A stretch of 64,000 nt of DNA from Vitrella brassicaformis CCMP3155 (lineage: Eukaryota > Protista > Chromerida): assembly GCA_001179505.1 (NCBI GenBank), contig CDMY01000571.1:62001-126000 (forward strand), written 5' to 3'. The translations under genes and the position numbers were made by a program. The number at the start of each line of letters is the position of its first letter. Position 1 is the stretch's first letter. Below, one piece after another: positions 37,437 to 50,078 of the stretch. Under the pieces are notes generated by a model that was given only the letters and a program-made list of their open reading frames with translations, ran no database searches and was not told the DNA's origin.

Positions 37437-39316
37437 ATGCAAGATCTGGCGCAGCGGCTCGGCAACCGCGGTGCGGCTTTCTTGGGTGAGAAGCTCGATT
37501 TCGTCAAGAAGCAGATAGCCAAGATCCAGAAGCCCGGAGAGGGCGAACTGGGAGCAGACGGCTTCGAGGGCTCTTTTGGCTCGTCGGGCGGCGAGGACTC
37601 GCCCACCGCGCCCATCATGATCACATATCTCCTGCAAAACGTTGATGGCGAGGACGAGGAGAACGTCTTCTGTGTGCCGGACGCTTCGTCGGCCTCGCGA
37701 GTGACGCTCGACAAGATCAGGCGGCGGTTCCCCGTGCCGGGCCACTTCTGGTTTCGATTCAAGACGGCATACGTGGCGGATGGCGGTGGCGACGGCGACT
37801 ATCTGTGGCTGGATCCTATCTACCCAAGCGAGCCGGTGCCCACCTACAAGGGCCAGATAGTCATGAAGGTCCTCTCTGTCCCGGCAGACGTCCTCCCTCC
37901 CCCACCACCACCCGCACCCACACCCATTTCAACCCACCCACACCATCTGGCATCAGCAGAAGGGTCACCACCAGCAGTGGTCAGACGCCGGGCGCACACA
38001 CCCGGCCCATCGCGGGACGGCGCTGCGACATCTCCCCGGCGGACGCTGTCGAGCAACGAACAGGCGAGGGAGTCTGTGAGCGAGACGCCCGGCGTCATCA
38101 TGGGAGGGGGCGGGGAGCGCATGAGGCACCACGGTGTGCGTGGGGGCGGCAGCGAGAATCTGTCGGCGGGAGGGGCCAAGTCGCACCCGGCGAGCCCATT
38201 GCAGCCGTCAATCAGCCCCTCGATGGAGCACGACGACCTCCTTGACTTCGGCGCCGGTCAGTGAGCCGGGATCTGCATGGCTGCATCGTTTATCTGCACA
38301 CACTGATTGTGTGTGCAGGTGAGAGGGATGACGATAATCTGCCTGCGAGTGCGGCTGGTGGTGTGCCAGTGCAGCAGCTCGACCGTGACGAGCTGGTTCG
38401 GAAGAGGCTCGAGGCCAAGCACCAGAGAGTCGCTGAGGTCTACACCGAACACAATGGTGAGCGTGAGCGGGCTCATCTGCTGTGTGTGTGTGTGTCGACA
38501 CGTCCACTTGACATGAGTGGTGTCATTGATGCTCAGAGCGTCGGCAAAAGGAGGCCACCAAGTTGCAGGAGAAGATCGAAGCTGGATGTGAGTGTACCAT
38601 GCACCGCACTCAACCACACTGACACACACACTGATGTGCTGCGCATGCGCGTGGCTGTGCGGCTGTCTGGGTGGCTGCCTGCGATGCTTGTTTGTGATGT
38701 GAATGTGAGCAGCTGAGCTGTCGGGTCAGATGGACAAGTGGGCCAAGACATCCGACGGCTCTTACAAGGACATACGCAGCCTCCTCAGCACACTCCAAGA
38801 CGTAAGCAATCACGCCAACAGACCAGACAGAGACAGCCGCACACACACACCTTGTGCCGTGCAGACAGACCTTCATGTGTGCTGTGCGTTGGGTTCGATG
38901 GATGTGTGTGCAGGTGTTGTGGGAGGGCCACGACTGGAAGCCCATCTCGCTGTCGACTCTCATGATGAGCTCAGCCGAAGTCAAAAAGGCCTACAGGTTA
39001 GTGACGAACCGCACACAGCACAGCACAGCACAGCACAGCACAGCGCAGCGCAGCGCAGCACAGCACAGCCCCGTGTGAATGCGTAGCCTGTGTGTGTGTT
39101 GGGCCACATCAGGCTGGCGTTGATATTGGCTCATCCAGACAGACACCAGCACGCATCGGCCGACCAGCAGGTGCTCACACTCGCCCACACCGGCAGTGAC
39201 ACACACACGCCCGGACACGCACTTGTTTGTGTTGGTGTGTTTGATGGATGGATCAGTATCGCGCTGAGAGGGTCTTCCAGGCCATCAACGCGGCGTGGAA
39301 GAACAAACAAAACTGA
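37437..39316 (+). CDS. DIX-like domain plus auxilin-type C-terminal J domain
   Basis: N-terminal VTLDKIRRRFPVPGHFWFRFK..WLD..EPVPTYKGQIVMKVL (DIX-like). C-terminal KDIRSLLSTLQDVLWEG..WKPISLSTLM..EVKKAYR..LAHPDR..AERVFQAINAAW with an HPD motif. Confidence 0.85.
39012..39070. repeat. (CACAG/CGCAG)n pentamer microsatellite inside an intron
   Basis: About 11 tandem pentamers are directly visible. Confidence 0.9.
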
Positions 39317-40339
39317 CTGACAACGAAGGTAGCGTCGGCACACACACCGTGTGCATCAGACAGGCCATCCACAGCACAATGGCTGCCTGCCAGTGATGAG
39401 AACACACCTTTGTTGTTGACTGAGTTGACACAGTGAGGTCAATCAACACTCCTTATCTATCTTAGCTGAGCGGCCAGCCAGCCCGAACGACAGACAGACA
39501 GACTGTCGCATGATAGCATGAGGGCGCGATGATGAAGGTTTGTGTGCATTGGCACCTCTATCTATCTGCTGCTGTCGTTTGTGTGTGCGTCAAGGCGTCG
39601 CCCGGTGCTGTCCATCCGGCCATCGCACGTCTGGGTGCATCTGCGTGTTCCTGCATGACATTGTGTACCGGACAGCGCGACAATCGACATCGGTGTGTTC
39701 TGACGCAATGTGTCTTGCATGTTCCCTCACACCAGCCAGCGCCGCGCCGAGATCGCTTCAGCCTTTCTTTCCAGTTGTGAAATGCGCAGATCCGCTGGCT
39801 TTTCCACAAGTCAGTCACCTCCGATTGGCATGCTTGGCAATGCACAAGATTTCAGTTCATTCATCACCTTGGGCCTGTCGCAACACACGAACTGCCGAGC
39901 TTGACCGTGGATCTATGGACGTACCATCTCTAGGCATCTCTACGCTATGGGCTGCAATCGTCGAGCGCCAGCATTGAGGGTGGACAGCAGCCGGGGCAGA
40001 AGTGTGGGCAGCTTCCGCAAGGGCACCTGCAGTGCATATGGAAGTTACGGATGGGGGAGGTGAGACTTCATATGAGCCATGCAAATGTGACATACCTGCC
40101 GGCAGAGACCACCCAGGTCACGTGAGGAATCCATCTACGCTCTTCAACACCAGTGTACTATCCCGGCCAAGTGGCCTGCAGACTGGGGTCCACGAGTCTC
40201 AGCCCGCAGCCTTTTCCAGCACAGCACACCTTTCCTTCGTTGCGAGAAGAACAATCGGCTTCAGTGACACGATGTCCCACCCGCCGAAGCCCACGTAAGG
40301 CTTGAAAGACTGGAGAGGGAGACCAATTGAGGGAGACGG

Positions 40340-41450
40340 CTACATCGGCTGTCTGTCTGCCTGTCTGTCGTGTGTGTCTGTGAGCAGCGAGCCAGTTGCG
40401 TGGAAGTGGAACGACGGGTACGCCACCCCACGCCGCCGACGTCCCCCAGGCAGATCCGAGCGTACATCGAAGCATGCGGCCGCGTCAGCCAGAGCCTGGG
40501 GCGTCGGCGGGAGGGGCGGGCCCGAGGGGAGAGGGAGAGGGAAAGCCGTGGGACGTTCAACAGTGGCCGGCAGACGCTGACGCACGCGACTACGTTGCCT
40601 GTGAGGGAGAGAGACAGAACCTGATACAAGCCCTGGGTCCTTGCTGAGTCTCCGTGTGTGGGGTGCAGACCCTCCTTGAGGAGCCTGCCGCTGCCGCTGC
40701 TGTCGATGTTGCCGGCTGGTTGCATGTGGACGAGGAGCTGTACGAGAAACACATGGTGATCACCAAGGTAACGAGGGACTCATGTGTGGATGTGTATCAC
40801 CCTGAGTCTTGCGCGTGTGCGTGTCGACTGCCCGCTGCCGCTGCTGCCGCTGTTGGTGGTGGTGAAAGTGGCTTCAAGCGGCCCTCTCCCGGCGCCAAGC
40901 CAGAGGACACCAGACAATCAGGAGGCGCCGTGGATGTGGGTATCGAGGAGAGAGACAGAGAGGGAGACATCACCATAATTAATGAGTCGCATCTCTGCCT
41001 CACTCCTGTCTCCGTCCCTGTTCCCTGCCCGACCAGAAATTGGAGCAGCACCTCGCCGCTAAGTACACTGGCGCACATCCATGAGAGGTCATGTACACAA
41101 AGCTGCATATTTCCTCTGCCCACCATCAGAAAGAAGCAGGCCGAGACCAAGGAGAAGAACCACAAGGCCACCCAGACCAAGAAGGTAGGCACATGCATAA
41201 TCTTGACTAGCCCCTCCCCCACACCTTGAACCCCTGGCGAGCTGCCTGTGGTCACTTGCACCTGGTGTTTGCTGTCATTGCCTTGTAGGTGCTGCAGCAA
41301 CCTACTCTCAACAAGGCCAGCCAGACCAACACGGTGAGTACTTCCACATACAAATCTCTGCCGCGGTGCCTGAATGGCTTGACTGTCGGTCTGCGTGGTG
41401 TTTCTTGTTGTGCGCTTGTAACCGCCGCAGCGACCTGCCATCGACATGGC
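40340..41450 (-). repeat. Inverted copy of 22730-23830 (decayed gene fragment)
   Basis: Reverse-complement similarity to 22730-23830. The + strand here reads EPVAWKWNDGY...PTSPRQIRAY and EEPAAAAA..GWLHVDEELYE, broken by stops and frameshifts. Confidence 0.85.
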
Positions 41451-41908
41451 CACCCAAACCAACACGGTAAGCACCTCCGCACACAAGTCCTCCGGCGAGG
41501 TGGCTTGAATCGCCTGACTATCGTGTCTTGCCTCCCTCCCTCCCTCCCTGCCTCCCTCCTTCTCTCCCTCTGTGTGTGTGTGTGTCTGTGTGTGTCTTCC
41601 CATCATAGCAGCCGAAGCCAGGCTTTTTTGCCAGCCTGTACATGAATGTCATGAGTGCATGCTCATTGTGGTTACGGATAGCGCTCCTACTGAGGTGCTG
41701 CAAAAACTCTCCAGAAAGCCCAGTAGGAGCGACTTATCGCTGCATCATCACGTGGAAAGAACCGATGTGTGCTCGCTGGCGGCACTCGATTCACGCAGAC
41801 TGGAGTGGAGGGGAGAAACGAACCGGAAAAGCAAACTAAAAGCCGCAGCGAAAAAAGTAGGGCTTTTGGGGTTTCGTCTCAATTCTCGAAGCGGGAGGAA
41901 AGACAAGA

Positions 41909-44639
41909 ATGACGGGAATGAAGCGGCGTGTGTTTCCTAGCATTGATCTCACACAAGATGCGTCTGCTGAAGACCCGCTTGATCTCACCCAGCAGGACGA
42001 TGCGGCCGATGCGGCTGACCAAGCAGAGCCCGCTCCCAAGAAGGCGAGGGTGAGTAACGCTGCGTGGCTGTGGCGGTGCCAGCCCTTCTACCTCAACGCG
42101 ATAGTCGATTACGGGCGCGATAGCGAGGGCAACGAGAGCTGTTTGAGCATTCGGGACATCGTCGATGGGCCTGTGCAGGAGGTGAGTGGTGTCAAATGAG
42201 CCTTTGGGCGTTGGTGCAATGGGCTGCTTGACGTGTTTGTTGTCTTTTGCAGATGCTGCTTGCCGGCATGAGGTTTGACTTGGTCGGTGAGATGAGGAGA
42301 GGAGAGGAGAGGAGAGGAGAGCAGTCTGTACTACACAGAACACACACATACATTGGCTCTTGCCGTCTTGATGTGTCAGCCGTGGCTGGTGGCCGAGTGT
42401 CCAGTGATGAAGACAATGAAGCGCATCACCATACTCATCGGCGACCCACTCAACAAACCCGAAAAGAAAGGTGCTTGGCTGACCAAGTGAGGCAAAGATG
42501 ATCCATTTCTGTGTGTGGCTCCGTGTGTGTGTTGTGTGTGTGCAGTGGCCAGGGTGAAGGCCCTTCGGCAGGCTGCTGGTGATCTTGAATTGCATGGGCC
42601 GACGGTGACGGTGGATCTTGCCCCCCTGGGTGACGCCTTCGCCACGTTCCACCCCAAGCTGTTTTTGCTGACGTACGCTGACCGCATCCGTGTGTGCATC
42701 TCGTCTGCCAACTTCACATACGGCGGCTGGTACGTGGATGGGTCAGAAAGGGGGTGGGCAGACGCACAGGGCGTATGCAGCGTCGGCTTATTGAGCAGGT
42801 GGCGGAAGAACCAGGCCATCTATGTGCAGGACTTCCCCCGCAAGCAGCCCCAGCAGGGCAGTCAGCCACCAACAGACATGGAGATGGAGGGTGAGAGAGA
42901 TATACCAAGCAAATGCTCCATGCTCTCTTGTGTGCGTGTTGGTGTGCTGGTGTGTGTCAGATGAGCTGGTGGCCTTTCTTCGCGCCACGACCAAGGCCGG
43001 CGACTGGTGCGACAAGATCCGCCAGTTCGACTACTCCACCGCCATTGGCAAGATAGTCGCATCAGTGCCGGTGAGCGTCAGCCAAACAGAGAGGCCGTAT
43101 TCGTGGTCCATCGGCTTGTGCTCTATGATGTGAGTTACACACAGGGCACTCACGCGGGCCCGGATCTCCATTGCTGGGGCCACATGCGGATGCGCCGCCT
43201 GCTTGAGAGCCAGCCAGACCCACAGGGCCTGCAGGAGTGAGGAGACTGCATGGTGGCTGCACCACTGTGATGTCCGCTTGTGCCGAATTTTGTTTGTGTC
43301 GTTCGTCTGTCAGTCAGGCTGTGGTGTGTCAAGTGGCGTCGCTCGGCAGCCTCGATGAGGACTGGATAGAAGAGTTCATCGGTGAGCGGTGCGTTTGTGT
43401 CACGTGTATCCGTCTGACGTCTCGCTGATTGATGGATCGCAGGTAGCCTGTGTGTGAGTCCGTCCCATCCTGAGATAGCGGCAGACATCGACTGGAAGCT
43501 CATCCTGCCCACAGTAGATGAGGTATGCACACCGAAGACAGAAACGTGGGTGGACGCTCGGACAAGCGCATGACTGACTGCGTGCAGGTGCGAACTCACT
43601 GGAGGGATGGGCGGCCGGCGAGTGAGCATCCATGAGAGAAGAGCGAGAGGGCTGATAGACGCGCTACATCCCATTCTATCGGTGTCCTTTTCTTTTATTC
43701 AGGGCGATTCACGTCACGAGCAAGGAGCTGATGATTGCCGACAAGGAGGACGGCACCAAGTCGCCCATGCCACGGGGCATCCTGCAGAGGTGGGGCTATC
43801 ACAAAGCCAACGGCGAGCCGGCGTGCCGCGGCGCCACCATCCCTCGCCCGCCCAACAGGACGTCGGCGTGCCCCCACCTCAAGACGTTCCTCAAGTGAGG
43901 GAGCTGCACACACACATACACAATGGCAGCCAATGGCAGCCAATGTATTTCGCTGCAGGTATGGCCGTCGGTCGGGTGACGTCAGCAAGCGCCGGGAGGT
44001 GGCGTGGATATACGTCGGCAGCCACAACATCAGCAAAGTGAGTGAGCCGAGAGAGCTGGTGCGACCATTCAGTCGCTCTGTCCATCTGTGTGTCTGGACC
44101 AGGTGGCGTGGGGCCAGCTGAGCAACCACGACTCGCAGCTATACATCCGGTCGTACGAGCTGGGCATCCTCATCTCACCACACACACTTCGCGGCCTCAT
44201 CCCTCTGACCCCACCCCATACCACCCCACACACACCGCCGACCGGCTCATCGTCTTCCAGCAGCAGCAGCAGCGGCGCCGCCACGCCAATGCGGTCCTTC
44301 ATGTGGCACAAGCGCGATGACGCAGGTCGGTCGACACAGACGCAGCGCGGCTATCGCGTCTTGCTTATGTGACGTGTGTGTGTCGGCCTGCCTGTGTGCA
44401 CCTCAGGGCCCTCTCCCCTTCCCCGTATGTATGCGGCCACAGCACGGTGCCCGAGCGGTCCGCCTGGTGTGCCACTTGTTGGTGTGCCTCTGCCCTACCC
44501 CCTGCCACCGGTGCCCTACGGCCCATCGGATGCGGTGTGGACCAAGGACGGCACGCATACAGGGCGGGACAGCCTTGGGCGGGCGTATGATGCCGACCAG
44601 AAGAGTGTGCGGGAGGGCTTTTCGCGGGCTGACTTCTGA
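41909..44639 (+). CDS. TDP1: Tyrosyl-DNA phosphodiesterase 1-like, divergent copy 1 with an apparent 1-nt deletion
   Basis: HKN motif 1 FHPKL..ISSAN; WRKNQAIYVQDFP; ASLGSL; HKN motif 2 PHLKTF..GSHNISK; IRSYELG. Exon at 43588 reads gtg cga ac- tca ctg gag, a frameshift relative to copy 2. Confidence 0.85.
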
Positions 44640-45200
44640 GTCAGGGCAGATACATTCACACATACATCCAGCAATCAGTTGTATGGGTGCGAGTGCAACT
44701 GAGTCGGTCTGTGTGGCTCTGTTCGTCTGGCTTGCAAGTTTCTCAATCCTTTTGTGTCTGGCCTCGGCAGCCTCCCGTGGTGCAGTAGAAAGGGAACGGC
44801 CTTGGTATGCATGATGCTCCACGCACGACTTGTCAGTGTACCTTCGCCGCTCATCAATGTTATCCCTGTCAAACATCTTTTCACCACCCGACGGGTGCGG
44901 CGAAAAGCTGGACAGACACTCACAAAGCCAACCAGTGGCTTTGGACAAGCAGAAAATTCCCGATGCGTGTTTGGGAATAGACAGTGCTCGTTCGTGATGA
45001 GTTGCGGTACACCACACACACACTGCAGCCAGCCATTCAACTTTAGATGTCTGTGAGTCCATTTGCGAGTCATTCTACGCGCGCAAACAAACCGACAGCC
45101 AAAAAGTCCCGGCCAGCTTCCACCACACAAGAAACCACGCACCTTAAGGTAGCCCCCCACACACACCAACCGGCCCTCCCTCCCTCCCTCCCTCTCCCTC

Positions 45201-46967
45201 TCACTTGATGCCGAGTGTCACCCACTGGCCCCGCTCGTCGATGCGGCCCAGCTGCTGCCACCCACCAAACTGACAGTCGTCATTGCCCAAATGGTCGTTG
45301 AAGCTCTTGTTGATGGCCCCCTCCTCTATGCCGTGTCGGGCCGCCTCGGCCAGCCGGGCCCTCTGCACCACCTCACGCACACCCACACGGCCCCGTGTGT
45401 GGACCACCTGGTGTGGGCGGCTGTCGGCCCTGATGGCGAAGCACTGCAGCGGCACCCGCACCGTCACGCCGCCCACATTGGCCGTCCCGCCCACCACCTC
45501 CCTGTTGCTGCTGGCATACAGCGCCGACTTGATGAAATGGTCGACGGCCGCACACACACGGCGGGCCATGTCGCTGTGCCGGATGACGATGTTGGCAGCG
45601 ATGGCCTCATTGGCGGCGTCTTGGTCGAAGCACATGGCGGCAATCCGCCAGCCGATGGCCTCTGCCTCGTGTGGGCCGTAGCCATTGGGGGCGGGGAGGG
45701 CGGTGGGGGACGGACTGACCAGAGGTGTGCCGGGGGGCTGCAGCAGGTGGGGGATGAGAGTGGGAAGGGACCTCATCAGGAAGGCCGCCAGCGACCGCTG
45801 AGGGGCGAGGGCCGCATTGACGGCCGCCATCGCCCCGGTGTGGATGTCGTTGAGCACTGTTGTGCACTGGGGCAGCACCAGCTGGCGGCAACGGCGGTCC
45901 TGCTCAGTGGCTGTGGACATCCGGCCGATGTCGGCACCGCTTCGCAGCAAGATGCGGATGGTAGCCTCGCCAGGGGGCATCCTGCGGATGGCTCGGTCCC
46001 TGGCGTCTTGCGGCTCGGTGACGTCTTGCGATGCCTGAATCAATCCATAGAGATTGCAGGCGGCCACAACCAGCGGCGTCTCGTTGGGGTTGACCGTCGG
46101 CCCTCTGTTGATGTCCGCTGCTGGCAGGTGGCGGCCGAGGTAGTCGGTCACACACGGAGAGCCCTGAGATGCCGCCTCGTGCAGAGGGGTGAAATAGTTG
46201 CCACTCACTGCCGTCAGACTCGCCCCGTTGTTCACGAGCAGCTCGAGATACGAATCGATGAAGGCCTGCGAATAGCTTCCTCCCTCGCTGCGGGCTGCAC
46301 CGTGGATCAGATTGCCGTTCAAGTATTGTTCGGTTGCGAGTGTGGCGTCATACCGAATGAGCCGCCGGTAGATCGACAGCAGCCGCTCCTCATAGGCGGG
46401 AGACACGATTCTGCCGGTAAAGTAAAGGGACCAGGGCAGCTCCATGACAGCGAGCATTCCATGACGGCGCACCGCAGCGCCGCGTGCCAATAAGACCCTC
46501 ACGGCACTCTCGTTGCCGCACCAGACTGCCACCTTGATGGGCAAAGACCACTCGTCAAAGATCAGTGGCGTGTTTATGGCGGCACCTCCGTCGATGAGGG
46601 CGTTAATGATGTCCGCCTCGAGCTCACGAGACGACCAATGAGGAAAACGGACGGGCCGCGGAGGACCGCTGCTGTCTGCTTTGTGGGTCGACAGAGTGCC
46701 GTCGCTCAGATTGTCGACAGCGAGCGAAAGCAGCCGATACGGCCGTCCACGAGCGTCGCTGCCGCATACACGCAGCCGGGGAATACTGTCCGGGTCAGCA
46801 CCATCCTGTATGAGTTGCGTGACCTGCTGCGGGTGAGTGAAGGTCCGATGAGCGATGCCCTCAGCCAGCCGTCGGGTCGCACCGCTGGTGCCGTTCACGT
46901 GCCCGATCTCGATGTCCTCGAGCCGCAGACAGTCATCAAGCTGCTGGCTTTGCGCACTGGAGGCCAT
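45201..46967 (-). CDS. Ankyrin-repeat protein (copy 2), intact single-exon 588 aa ORF
   Basis: GNLIHGAA, FTPLHEAA, ETPLVVAA, LLRSGADIG, plus a family-specific C-terminal domain. Colinear with 7251-8976. Confidence 0.9.
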   Translation of the reverse strand: MASSAQSQQLDDCLRLEDIEIGHVNGTSGATRRLAEGIAHRTFTHPQQVTQLIQDGADPDSIPRLRVCGSDARGRPYRLLSLAVDNLSDGTLSTHKADSSGPPRPVRFPHWSSRELEADIINALIDGGAAINTPLIFDEWSLPIKVAVWCGNESAVRVLLARGAAVRRHGMLAVMELPWSLYFTGRIVSPAYEERLLSIYRRLIRYDATLATEQYLNGNLIHGAARSEGGSYSQAFIDSYLELLVNNGASLTAVSGNYFTPLHEAASQGSPCVTDYLGRHLPAADINRGPTVNPNETPLVVAACNLYGLIQASQDVTEPQDARDRAIRRMPPGEATIRILLRSGADIGRMSTATEQDRRCRQLVLPQCTTVLNDIHTGAMAAVNAALAPQRSLAAFLMRSLPTLIPHLLQPPGTPLVSPSPTALPAPNGYGPHEAEAIGWRIAAMCFDQDAANEAIAANIVIRHSDMARRVCAAVDHFIKSALYASSNREVVGGTANVGGVTVRVPLQCFAIRADSRPHQVVHTRGRVGVREVVQRARLAEAARHGIEEGAINKSFNDHLGNDDCQFGGWQQLGRIDERGQWVTLGIK

Positions 46968-47676
46968 CCCTCACGCCATCATTCTAAGCTGCATGCATTG
47001 TCACACACGAACAGCACACAGTGCCTCCCTCCTCTCTCTCTCTCTCTCTCTGTCCATCCATCCATCCATCCATTCGCACCTCATCAGTGAGTGGGCGATG
47101 CGTCGAGGCAGTCTTCCTTGCCGTCGGTGAAGGGACACGTCGCATAAGCGAGATCGCCTGCAGAGCACACAGAACAACACACACAGCGTCATCCATGCCT
47201 CTGCCCTCGTCCCTCTCTGCGTCCCTTCTCGCACCTCAATCAACTGGTCGGAATGGCGTCCCTCAGAGATGGGGATGTCGCAGATGGCTCATCTCGGCAG
47301 CACCTGGCTCATCAGGCCTCACGGGAAAGCAATTACCGGGAAGCAGATAAACACACCAAGCCCCCTCACCGAGCCCTATCCACCAACGGGCCGGTCCTCC
47401 CTCTCATTGCGAGCTTGGATGAGATCACCAAGAGCTTCCCAAAGCATTGCGGGACCAGCAGGGCTGTGCCAGTGCATCACCCCATCCGGGTAAGCTCAGA
47501 TCTGACACATGCACACACACCTGCCTTGTTGATGATCTCAGTCTTCTCGCTTTCTTCCCGGGTGGCTGGTTCAGGCCGCCTTATCGGACATTCGTCGGAG
47601 CGCGGGGCTTCCCTCACGCCCATGTGTTGGCCGGTGTGACTGATTTATTCATCAGCAGCAGCCGAAGCCGCTCTCA

Positions 47677-50044
47677 ATGGATGGCATCGTATGGATCAGC
47701 TGTGCTATCGTGACGTTCGTCGGTGCGGCCTTCTCGGCGGGGGGAGGCATCGGCGGCGGGGCCATCTACATCCCCACTTATATGGTCATCTTCGGGACGG
47801 CGCATTTGGCGGTGCCGCTGAGCAAGGTGACCATATTCGGGCTGGCGCTGGCCTCCAACTTGTTCAATGTGCATCAGAGGCACCCGAAGAGGGACAGGTG
47901 AGAGAGGGAGGGAAAGAAATGGTCCTGATGCACTGTGTGTGTGGTGTGCCTGTTTGTGTGCCAGGCCGTTGATCAACTACGAGATGTGTATCATGCTGGA
48001 GCCTGCAACTCTCATCGGTGCGTCAGCATTGCCGGCCTTCCTGCATTTACTCTGGATGGGTGCTGTAGGTGCGATGATCGGCGTCTACCTGAACGTGGTG
48101 ATGACGTCGATCGAGATCCTCGGCTGCCTCGTGGTGGTCCTCTCCATCACTTCCTACAAGACCTTTGTCAAGGGCGTCAAGCAGTACCGGCAGGAGTCCC
48201 TCACACACACACGGATACCCCACACAGAACTGCCGGCCATCGCCGTCCACCCACACACGCAAGACACTATGAGGACTGACCAGGCCGACCAGCCAGAAGA
48301 CACACAAGACCGAGAGGGAGGCAAGATGCCCCTGATTGTGACGTCGACCGACCCCCTGCTGGCCTCCCTCCCTCCCAGCCATGGCGGCCATGGCGACGTT
48401 TCCCCCGCCGGCGTGAGCACCGGCATGCCCAGCGACACCTCCCCCCTCTCTCTGCGCATGGCAGACGTCAAGACACCAGGCGGCAGAAGCCACCAAGTAC
48501 AACAGCAAGAGCACCAGGAGAGTGAGAAAGCGGCTCTGCTGCCGCGAGGGAGAGAGGGACAGGGGGAGGAGGGGAGGGGTCGGCAGCCGCTGGAGATAGA
48601 AGAGGAAGTTGGTGACGAGAAGAACACAGACGAGGTGCGGCGGTACCACAGGTGGGATGCGTGTGTGCCGTGGGGGTGGCTGGGTGTGCTGGTGGTGTGC
48701 TGGGCCGTCAACTGCGCGGCACTCGTCTATGCGGGCGGGCCGACCGGCATTCTCTGCGGTCAGTGAGGCAGCAAGGCAGAGAAAGGGAAATGGGATTATG
48801 TGTGTTGTGTTGTGCAGGCGATTTGCTGCAGAAGATTGCTCTGTTGACACTGATTGTGGTGCTGGCGTCGTTCACATTATGGTTCCGCCAAGTGCTGCTC
48901 GCATACAGAGTGGGTGGGAAGGAGCATGTGCACCGCCACCTTGCTCATCGTTTCTCTATCTGTCTGTCTGTCGATCGATCAGCGTGACCGTGAGGTGTGC
49001 GGCTTCCACACACACGCCATCGACGAGGGCGGATTCGGATGGATCACCGCCAGAAACACACGTACCTTTGCACACACACACACGATGCCTTCACTCCATC
49101 CATCCATCCTGTTGCTGTGTCAGTGGTGTACCCGTTTTGGTCGATGGTGGCTGGCGTGGCGGCGGGGTGCCTCGGTAGGCATCTATGTGTTTGTTGGTGT
49201 GTTGGGGGTGCTCGGTGGTCATTCATGCCGTCAGTGCAGTGAGGATGTGACCTTATCGCAAGCAGCGACTGGCCTGTCTGTCTTGCTGGCCGTCGCGATG
49301 AGCTTTGCAAAATTCCAATTGATACTTCTGAACCAAAGAGGCAGACAGACAGACAGACAGCATAGCTGCCCATTTCATTGTCCATGGCCAGATTTGTTTG
49401 CTGTGTGTGTGTGTGTGTGTGTGTGCAGGTATTGGTGGTGGTCTTGTGAAGGGCCCCTTGATGCTTGAGATAGGTAACTGGGAGAGAGAGAGAGAGAGAG
49501 AGAGAGAGCGACGACGCAGTTCGTTCATTCGCACGTTGGTCTCTCTCAGGTCTGCTCCCCCACTCGGCCGTCGTCTCGTGAGCAACACGCCACTCCTACA
49601 CACACACACACACACACACAGGCGTGTGTGTGTGTGGTGCAGTGCGACGTTCATGATCCTGTTCACCTCGTCGAGCACCTCGCTGCAATTCGGCCTCATG
49701 GGTGGGTCGGTGGACAACCAACCAACCAAACAAACCATACGCTCATTCTGGCATTCTGTCATTGTCGTGATGCGTGTCACACAGGCCGCCTCGAGATTGT
49801 TTCGTCCCTCATCTTCTCGCTGTGCGCCTTCTGCGGAGCGGTGAGCGGACAAACAGCCAACCAGCCCAAAAGAGCTGTGTGTTTGTCACACCAATCAGCT
49901 GGTGGGGGTCAAGCTGGTGTCTGCCGCCGTGCGGCGGTTCAAGCACGGCCAATCGGGGGTCACCTTCCTCCTCGGCACACTCATCCTTGTTAGGTAACCC
50001 CACCAACCCCTCACACACACACACGAAATGGCTGAATGCTCTCC

Positions 50045-50078
<34 letters not shown>

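Noticed and set aside
39480-40300. Possible retroelement or gene remnant
   Set aside because: Short protein-like stretches only, with no RT, RNase H, integrase or endonuclease motif that I can support.
22730-41450. Intact giant TIR transposon or Polinton/virus bounded by the inverted repeats
   Set aside because: The arms are diverged gene-like fragments, and the interior holds ordinary intron-rich genes with no transposase, polymerase or capsid.
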